Source: an uncultured Bacteroidota bacterium (lineage in GTDB: Bacteria > Bacteroidota > Bacteroidia > Bacteroidales > GCA-2748055). From it: a DNA stretch of 24,000 nt. The stretch covers positions 36,250-60,249 of the forward strand of contig CAVVFB010000006.1 of assembly GCA_963747365.1 (NCBI GenBank). Direction: 5' to 3'. The position numbers were made by a program, and so were the translations under genes. Shown piece by piece: positions 18,460-24,000 of the stretch. Every line of letters starts with the position of its first letter. The first letter of the stretch is position 1. The notes beneath the pieces were generated by a model, which was not told the origin of the DNA, searched no databases, and was given only the letters and a program-made list of their open reading frames with translations.

Positions 18460-20055
18460 TTAGTGATTTTCTTCTGCGTTTAGTAAAGGTAGGTGAATAT
18501 CGAACCTGGAACCTTTATCCAGTTCACTTTTTATTTTAATAGAGCCATGGTGCTGTTCAACAAGCAGTTTCACATAGCTGAGACCGAGCCCAAACCCTTT
18601 GACATTGTGGATATTCCCGGTAGGAACCCTGTAAAACTTATCGAAGATCCTTTTCTGTTCTTCCTTGCTGATCCCGATTCCGTTATCAATTACTGAAATG
18701 ATAATACCGCCAGGTTCGTTTTTTGTGACAATGGTGATCTGAGGAGTCTGCTTTGTATATTTCAATGCATTCTCCATGAGGTTGGAGATCAAATTGGTGA
18801 TGTGCATTACATCTCCCATGATCACCGGATCATCTGCTTCCGGAAGGAACTCCAGCCGGCCTGCCCGCTTATCGATCTGCAAAAGGAAATTCTGGGCTAC
18901 GGTTTCAATGAGTTCATGCAGGTTAATCTCCTCCAGTTTCAGTTTAAGCTCACCATGATCGAAGATGGCCATTTGCAGAACCCTCTCTACCTGGTAGCCC
19001 AGCTGTTTACTTTCGGCCTGGATGATTCTTGAAATATGGGATATGTTCTTCTGTTCATCGGGGATGCTTTTATCGTTAAGCATCTGCGATGCCAGGCTGA
19101 TGGTGGATATGGGGGTTTTGAGTTCGTGGGTCATGTTATTCACGAAATCATTCTTTATTTCGGAAAGCCGTTTCTGTTTGAAAATGATGTATAGTGCCAG
19201 TGAAAAGAGGGTTAACACAAACAGGGTTATTAAAACCGAGGTTCCCCCCATCATTCTCATAGACTTTAAAAAGTGCTTTTTTTCCTCTGGAAAATAGATA
19301 CTGATCAGGGTGGGTTTATCAAATACTCCTCCAGGCAGAAGGATCGATCGGTAATATTTAAAGGATTCGTACTCATTGAAAGCTTCCGATTGGTAGATGG
19401 GTTTCTTGCCCTCGTGGTAGACGGCGTAAACGAAGGGCATATTAATCTCTTTCTCTATAAGCTTCCGGCTCAAAAGATTTTTCAATTGCGACTCGGATAT
19501 GAGTGCTTCAATATCTCCTCCCTTCTCCATGATTTGCCGAACGATCTTATTGACAAACATCTCCTTTTCTTTCCAGCTTTTGGCCAGTTCAACCCTGACC
19601 TGATCAGGATTCATAGCCGAGATCAGGATCGTGTCCCCGTACATTTCATCCTGGCCGATCACCACGAGTACCGAGTCATCAATCATCTCCACCTTCTGGT
19701 TTAATAATGATTGGTCCGGCCGGGTATAGACCAGGGATCCCTCCTGATGGACCTTTGATTCTGCGATAACGATTCCATCTTCACCCAGGATGCTTCTCTG
19801 GTCAATCCGGTAGTTCCACACGGCCGTACCCTGGTGGCGGACCAAAGGTGGTTTGATCTCTTCGAGGATGGTGGTGATGGTTTGATTCTGCGCCAGTTCA
19901 TTGGATATCTCGTCAAGTACCTGGTTAACCACCAAACCAAACTGCTGCTCCTTGGCGTCGATGGAGTTTTTAAACCAGTATGCCTGGACACCCACAAGGG
20001 CAATCATGGCGATACTCAGGAAGACTGTTAATATCCACAATACAGTTCGGCTCAT
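18460..20055 (-). CDS. sensor histidine kinase (RprX-like) with an extracytoplasmic domain of about 240 aa
   Basis: Two TM segments (VLWILTVFLSIAMIALVGVQAYWF and SVLITLFVLTLFSLALYIIF) flank the extracytoplasmic region. Kinase motifs are H-box NMTHELKTPIST, N-box NLMENALKY, G1 DNGIGI and G2 GFGLGLSY. Confidence 0.92.
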   Translation of the reverse strand: MSRTVLWILTVFLSIAMIALVGVQAYWFKNSIDAKEQQFGLVVNQVLDEISNELAQNQTITTILEEIKPPLVRHQGTAVWNYRIDQRSILGEDGIVIAESKVHQEGSLVYTRPDQSLLNQKVEMIDDSVLVVIGQDEMYGDTILISAMNPDQVRVELAKSWKEKEMFVNKIVRQIMEKGGDIEALISESQLKNLLSRKLIEKEINMPFVYAVYHEGKKPIYQSEAFNEYESFKYYRSILLPGGVFDKPTLISIYFPEEKKHFLKSMRMMGGTSVLITLFVLTLFSLALYIIFKQKRLSEIKNDFVNNMTHELKTPISTISLASQMLNDKSIPDEQKNISHISRIIQAESKQLGYQVERVLQMAIFDHGELKLKLEEINLHELIETVAQNFLLQIDKRAGRLEFLPEADDPVIMGDVMHITNLISNLMENALKYTKQTPQITIVTKNEPGGIIISVIDNGIGISKEEQKRIFDKFYRVPTGNIHNVKGFGLGLSYVKLLVEQHHGSIKIKSELDKGSRFDIHLPLLNAEENH

Positions 20056-20094
20056 GCACCAAAGATAATCCTCCTCTTTGGTTCATTCAGAGTG

Positions 20095-20130
20095 TTTTAA
20101 CAATCTTTAACTTCCTTTAAAGGATTGTAA
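20095..20130. promoter_or_regulatory. four 10-bp-phased TTTAA-type repeats overlapping a 12-bp palindrome in the divergent promoter region
   Basis: TTTTAA is at 20095-20100, CTTTAA at 20105-20110, CTTTAA at 20115-20120, and the degenerate TTGTAA at 20125-20130. The perfect palindrome TCCTTTAAAGGA is at 20113-20124. Two -7 boxes flank the region: TATCTTTG on the minus strand (20067-20060) and TAGTTTTG on the plus strand (20144-20151). Confidence 0.5.
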
Positions 20131-20143
20131 CGATATTCCGCCA

Positions 20144-20151
20144 TAGTTTTG
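20144..20151 (+). promoter_or_regulatory. candidate -7 promoter box (TAGTTTTG) for the small secreted-protein gene
   Basis: This is a perfect match to TAnnTTTG, 23 nt upstream of the ATG at 20174. Confidence 0.45.
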
Positions 20152-20173
20152 CAGTACACCAAAACTGTTGCTT

Positions 20174-20683
20174 ATGAAAAGTTTAAACCCTTTTCGGATT
20201 TTAGCCATTATCATTGCTTTTATTTTTTCTTCGGGACTGAGCGCGCAGGAGACCACTGTTTCCATCAAGGTGAAGAAGGATGGCAAAGTGGTAAAAGATA
20301 CCACCTATAGCTTTGAGAATGAGGAGCAAGCTGAAAACGCACTGAACATCATGGAGGTGATGTGTACCGGTGATGAAAAAGTGATGGAGATTCATAAAAC
20401 GATGTCTGAGAGTAACACGGGCAATACTAAAAAGATGGTCTTCATTTCCGAGGATGGCAAGACCACCCTAATAGAAGAGTCAAGCGGGGATTCTCTGGTA
20501 TGGAATACCGAAGGAGAGACCTATCATATTTTCATCAACGAGGAGCGTGAAGGCGATCCCGATGGAGAGAACACCGTTAAGACCAAGGAGGTTAAGGTGG
20601 TTATTTCCAGTGATGAAGGATCAGAATGGAGCGTAAAAGAAGGGGATGATATGAAAGTGGATTCTGAAAAAGTCAAGAAATAA
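20174..20683 (+). CDS. hypothetical small acidic secreted protein (169 aa)
   Basis: The ATG at 20174 gives MKSLNPFRILAIIIAFIFSSGLSAQ, a signal peptide with a likely cleavage site after SAQ. The mature part is rich in E, D and K and has strand-like alternation. I recognise no family. The gene has its own -7 box and its own terminator. Confidence 0.7.
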   Translation: MKSLNPFRILAIIIAFIFSSGLSAQETTVSIKVKKDGKVVKDTTYSFENEEQAENALNIMEVMCTGDEKVMEIHKTMSESNTGNTKKMVFISEDGKTTLIEESSGDSLVWNTEGETYHIFINEEREGDPDGENTVKTKEVKVVISSDEGSEWSVKEGDDMKVDSEKVKK

Positions 20684-20733
20684 TCAAAGATGCAGTAGCA
20701 GGCAATTTGGTTTAGTTTTAGGGTTTATTGCAG

Positions 20734-20769
20734 GCTGTCCGTCCTCCCGGCGGACAGCTTTTTCTTTTT
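20734..20769 (+). terminator. rho-independent terminator after the secreted-protein gene
   Basis: The stem pairs GCTGTCCG (20734-20741) with CGGACAGC (20751-20758). It is followed by TTTTTCTTTTT. Confidence 0.8.
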
Positions 20770-20812
20770 GCGGGAACCGGCAGATTGGATAACTTGCAGG
20801 AAATGGACCCTG

Positions 20813-22045
20813 TTGCCTGTTAAAGATTACCATAAAATTCTTGGGGTATCACCCGGAGCTACACAGGGGCAGATTAAGGCTGCCTATCGCAAACTGGTAA
20901 TGAAGTACCATCCGGATCTGAACCAGGAACCCGGTGCCCGCGAGAAATTCTTCGAGATTGATGCTGCTTATGATTTTCTGATGGAGCATGGAAGTGAGGC
21001 TTCTTCGAGGGACTCCTATGACGATCTGTTGGCCAGGGAGATATTCCGCAGGGAACGGGAGCGGATGCAGCAACAGGCCAGAATCAGACGGGAAAAACAA
21101 AAGCAGGAGGAGGAGATGTTTAACCGTCCCGAATGGCATGATCCCATCCTGCTGGCTAAATATATCATGCATGGTTTTGGACTTCTGTTTGCGTTTGCAG
21201 CAGTCATCGGTCCTCTCCTTATTGCCATATTGGATGATCCTGCCAGCCTGGCTGGTACCTTCTTCTTCATGGTGGCCGGGGTGGTGCTGCTTGTCTATAT
21301 CTACCCAAGAAGAAAAACATGGTTTCGCCTGGGGAAATTTAAGACAAGCTGGAGGGAAGTTACCGGTTATGTGAAAATGGATTCAGAAATACCGTCTAAA
21401 GATCGTTGTTGTTACAGTGCCCATGCCATGGCAGGAGGGAAACCTTACAAAGTGGAACTGATTCAGACCCTTGATTCGAAGATCCGTACTTTCGGGGTGA
21501 TGGATCACCAGGTGAAATACAGAACCAGGACAAAACGGGTAGTGATTCCCAGGAGTGCCAGGGCTCATTTTTTTCACAGGATTGCAACACTGATCAAACT
21601 GACTGCGTTGGCTGGCTTCATGTTATTTTTTCCCGTCGAAAGCATGGTGTGGCGTTTCATTGGGGGAATGGTGGCAGGGGGTCTTCTCTCAACGCTGATG
21701 CTTTCCGTTTACAGGATTCGTTCGAAAGTGAGTTATCTGCTGACCCCCGGACTGATTTTAAAGTCGTTGATATGGATCGCATCGCTTTTGGGGATTACCA
21801 CGATTGGTCCCGGATTCAACATGCAGACCAGCGGATATATTTTTGCTGTAATTGCCGGGTTGTTGTTTCTGCTGGATATGCTGTTTGACCTGGTTTTAGG
21901 CCTGTTCCCTTTCTACCGTTGGATGTTTCGCCCTATCATCAGGCAGGGGGCGATCATGGACGAACTCTACAAAGAGGGCTACCAGAATTACCAGGAGTTG
22001 CCGGTGTTCTCGGTTGTCTACCCGTTATTTCGCTGGTTGTTTTAA
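20813..22045 (+). CDS. polytopic membrane protein with an N-terminal J domain (DnaJ-like co-chaperone)
   Basis: The J domain reads KDYHKILGVSPGATQGQIKAAYRKLVMKYHPDLNQEPGAREKFFEIDAAYDFL and includes the HPD motif. A charged R/E/Q helix follows, then at least 6 hydrophobic TM-like segments. The start is uncertain because no in-frame ATG precedes the J domain. Candidates are TTG at 20813 or TTG at 20768; the latter overlaps the upstream terminator. Confidence 0.8.
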   Translation: MPVKDYHKILGVSPGATQGQIKAAYRKLVMKYHPDLNQEPGAREKFFEIDAAYDFLMEHGSEASSRDSYDDLLAREIFRRERERMQQQARIRREKQKQEEEMFNRPEWHDPILLAKYIMHGFGLLFAFAAVIGPLLIAILDDPASLAGTFFFMVAGVVLLVYIYPRRKTWFRLGKFKTSWREVTGYVKMDSEIPSKDRCCYSAHAMAGGKPYKVELIQTLDSKIRTFGVMDHQVKYRTRTKRVVIPRSARAHFFHRIATLIKLTALAGFMLFFPVESMVWRFIGGMVAGGLLSTLMLSVYRIRSKVSYLLTPGLILKSLIWIASLLGITTIGPGFNMQTSGYIFAVIAGLLFLLDMLFDLVLGLFPFYRWMFRPIIRQGAIMDELYKEGYQNYQELPVFSVVYPLFRWLF

Positions 22046-22049
22046 AAGA

Positions 22050-22478
22050 TTACCAGAGCAAAAGCCTCTCCTTGTTGCGAATCCTTCTCAGATCCACAGG
22101 AACACACATCCGAACTTCAGGGATGGCTGCTGTTTTCCGGAAAAAGGAAGTGATTTGTTCTTCCATAATTTCTCCCTGTATATGTACCAGGTAGTCCAAA
22201 TTCTTTAATTCATCCAGAAAATATCCGTTTTCTGCCCTGTTCCCAATCACCCTGTAGGTGAGCAGCGATTCATCGTCAAAGTATTCAAATAGTGAGAATT
22301 CCTGATCCTGATCCAGTTTCTTGTGGTAAAGCGAGAGATCATCCTGTTTGCGGAAGTCAAATCCGAGGGTACGGTTGATCAGAAGGCATAACCTGTAGTC
22401 GGGTTGGTCAGCCACCATCCCCAGCAGGCAGAAATCCTCATCGATGGCCATTTCAAGTTTATGTTTCTTTACTGCCAT
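22050..22478 (-). CDS. IPExxxVDY-family-like uncharacterised protein
   Basis: The 142-aa protein contains DEDFCLLGMVADQPDYRLCLLINRTLGF near its N-terminus and AAIPEVRMCVPVDL near its C-terminus. It sits immediately downstream of rnc, where I recall this family in Bacteroidota. The C-terminal motif is not an exact IPExxxVDY match. Confidence 0.6.
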   Translation of the reverse strand: MAVKKHKLEMAIDEDFCLLGMVADQPDYRLCLLINRTLGFDFRKQDDLSLYHKKLDQDQEFSLFEYFDDESLLTYRVIGNRAENGYFLDELKNLDYLVHIQGEIMEEQITSFFRKTAAIPEVRMCVPVDLRRIRNKERLLLW

Positions 22479-22486
22479 CCCTGTTT

Positions 22487-23230
22487 TTATTGAATGGAAT
22501 TCATGGCCTCCCTGGCTGCACGCTGTTCAGCCCCCTTTTTGGTACTGTCTCTGCCCGTTCCCTTAATTGTACCATTTAGTGAAATGGTGGAGATAAACGC
22601 CGGGAATCTTTGTCCCGTATTGTGCTCTTCAATGCTCTCAAAAACCACTTCAACTCTTTTTTTCTGAGACCACTCAATGATCCTGCTTTTATAGTCGGGG
22701 TCTTTGTCCACAAGCAGGGTCAGGTCGATGTGCTTTTCAAGAATTTTTTTAAGAAAGAATTTCCGGGCAAACCTGTAGCCGCGGTCAAGGTATATGGCTC
22801 CCACCAGTGCTTCCAGGGTGTTGCCATAAATATGCTTTGACTTGTTGGCGGGAAGAACCTGGTGTCGTATCAAAGAGGGAATCCTGATCTGATCGGCCAG
22901 TTGGTCGAGGTTTTTTCGCTTTACAATCCGGGAACGTATTTTGGTCAGGAAACCCTCATCGCTATCGGGGAATTTGCGGAAAAGGTAGTCGGCCACAATT
23001 GTACTGAGTACCGCATCGCCCAGGAACTCCAGCCGTTCGTTGTTTGTAGAGGCCGACTGAGGATGATTTACAAGGGCTGATTTGGGAAGAAAGGCAAGTT
23101 TGTAGATCAAAATATTGCGGGGTAAAAAGCCCAGCATTCTAATCAGTTGAAGATAGAACCTGCGTTCATTCAACACATTACTCCTTAAATTTTCTGAAAA
23201 TAACCGATGTATTGTGACCCCCGAATCCAA
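22487..23230 (-). CDS. rnc: ribonuclease III
   Basis: The signature [12 protein letters not shown] is present, along with [14 protein letters not shown] and a C-terminal dsRBD ([12 protein letters not shown]...[10 protein letters not shown]). The start is uncertain. The ATG at 23230 overlaps fabF by 53 nt; alternatives are GTG at 23176 (1 nt after the fabF stop) and ATG at 23137. Confidence 0.93.
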   Translation of the reverse strand: MDSGVTIHRLFSENLRSNVLNERRFYLQLIRMLGFLPRNILIYKLAFLPKSALVNHPQSASTNNERLEFLGDAVLSTIVADYLFRKFPDSDEGFLTKIRSRIVKRKNLDQLADQIRIPSLIRHQVLPANKSKHIYGNTLEALVGAIYLDRGYRFARKFFLKKILEKHIDLTLLVDKDPDYKSRIIEWSQKKRVEVVFESIEEHNTGQRFPAFISTISLNGTIKGTGRDSTKKGAEQRAAREAMNSIQ

Positions 23231-24000
23231 AAGTGTTGCTCATCCCAATGTTAACCTCACGCTTCTGGGCAATATTCGGAGTAAGGTTCAGTTTGGGATC
23301 AATTTCCGGATCCAGGGTTTCAAGGTTGATGGTGGGAGGGATAATGCCGTGATTAATGGACATAATCACCGCAATGGACTCGATTGCACCTGCTGCTCCC
23401 AGCAGGTGTCCGGTCATGGATTTGGTAGAACTGATGTTAAGTTTGTAGGCATGATCTCCAAAAACGCGTTTGATCGCCTTGGTTTCGGAAATATCACCCA
23501 ACGGGGTGGCTGTTCCATGCACATTGATGTAATCAACTGCTTCAGGTTCAATCCTGGCATCCCTCAGGGCATTCAGCATCACCAGTCTTGCGCCCTCCCC
23601 ATCAGGGTGGGGTGCGGTCAGATGGTAAGCATCTGCCGACATACCTCCTCCTATTAATTCGGCGTAGATTTTAGCCCCACGCTTTAGGGCGTGCTCAAGC
23701 TCTTCCAGGATCAGGCCGCCACCTCCCTCTCCCATGACAAACCCATCGCGGTTTGCATCGAACGGCCGGGAGGCTTTTTTGTAATTTTCGTTGTTGGAAG
23801 AGAGTGCCTGCATGGAGTTAAAGCCGCCAACCCCGGCTTCGCAGATCGCCGCTTCCGAGCCTCCTGAAATAAACAGGTCTGCCATATCGAGACGGATCAG
23901 GTTAAAGGCATCAATGAGGGCGTTGGTAGAGGATGCACAGGCCGAAACAGTGGAGTAATTGGGCCCCCTGTATCCATACTTCATGGAGAGCATACCTGCC
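23178..24000 (-). CDS. fabF: beta-ketoacyl-ACP synthase II, C-terminal about 274 aa (5' end beyond the window)
   Basis: The frame stays open to base 24000 (...[15 protein letters not shown]). The active-site Cys context VSACASS is present, as are the His contexts HGTATPLGD and TGHLLGAAG. The C-terminus includes [10 protein letters not shown]. Confidence 0.97.
   Translation of the reverse strand, partial: AGMLSMKYGYRGPNYSTVSACASSTNALIDAFNLIRLDMADLFISGGSEAAICEAGVGGFNSMQALSSNNENYKKASRPFDANRDGFVMGEGGGGLILEELEHALKRGAKIYAELIGGGMSADAYHLTAPHPDGEGARLVMLNALRDARIEPEAVDYINVHGTATPLGDISETKAIKRVFGDHAYKLNISSTKSMTGHLLGAAGAIESIAVIMSINHGIIPPTINLETLDPEIDPKLNLTPNIAQKREVNIGMSNTFGFGGHNTSVIFRKFKE

Noticed and set aside
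20709-20729. A three-unit heptad repeat, GGTTTAG TTTTAGG GTTTATT, that includes the plant-telomere-like TTTAGGG.
   Set aside because: It is short and imperfect, and it lies in the spacer between a stop codon and the terminator hairpin. There is no reason to read more into it than a T/G-rich spacer.

Overview
This window reads as a densely coding stretch of Bacteroidota core chromosome. Under my calls only about 1.3 kb of 24 kb is intergenic. Lineage markers are an S46 peptidase, a DUF4837-like gene, an IPExxxVDY-like gene after rnc, long FtsX-type permeases, TAnnTTTG -7 promoter boxes and no Shine-Dalgarno sequences. I support 25 protein genes in this order: DUF4837-like (5' partial), small RHH-like protein, Wzx-like flippase, GT4 glycosyltransferase, rnhB, S46 peptidase, rnhA, SiaB-like GHKL kinase, FtsX/MacB-type permease, kdsB, domain-minimal sigma-54 activator, lptE-like lipoprotein, TPR-like protein, secG, groES, groEL, lepA, OmpR-family response regulator, histidine kinase, small acidic secreted protein, polytopic membrane J-domain protein, IPExxxVDY-like protein, rnc, fabF (partial). 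I see no tRNA, rRNA, CRISPR array, transposase, integrase or recognisable defence gene, and no compositional island apart from one 117-nt AT-rich tract. I did not find a convincing new multi-gene system, and the region looks mostly ordinary. The best leads for uncharacterised biology are: (1) four 10-bp-phased TTTAA-type repeats plus a 12-bp palindrome between the two-component operon and a divergent small secreted-protein gene, an arrangement like cpxP-cpxRA; (2) a tightly packed cluster of a receiver-less sigma-54 activator, LptE-like gene, TPR-like gene and SecG; (3) an orphan SiaB-like partner-switching kinase with no phosphatase or substrate gene nearby; (4) a polytopic membrane J-domain protein with no in-frame ATG start; (5) an orphan RHH gene downstream of a C-depleted repeat tract. 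All family assignments come from motif recognition and recall, not from searches.
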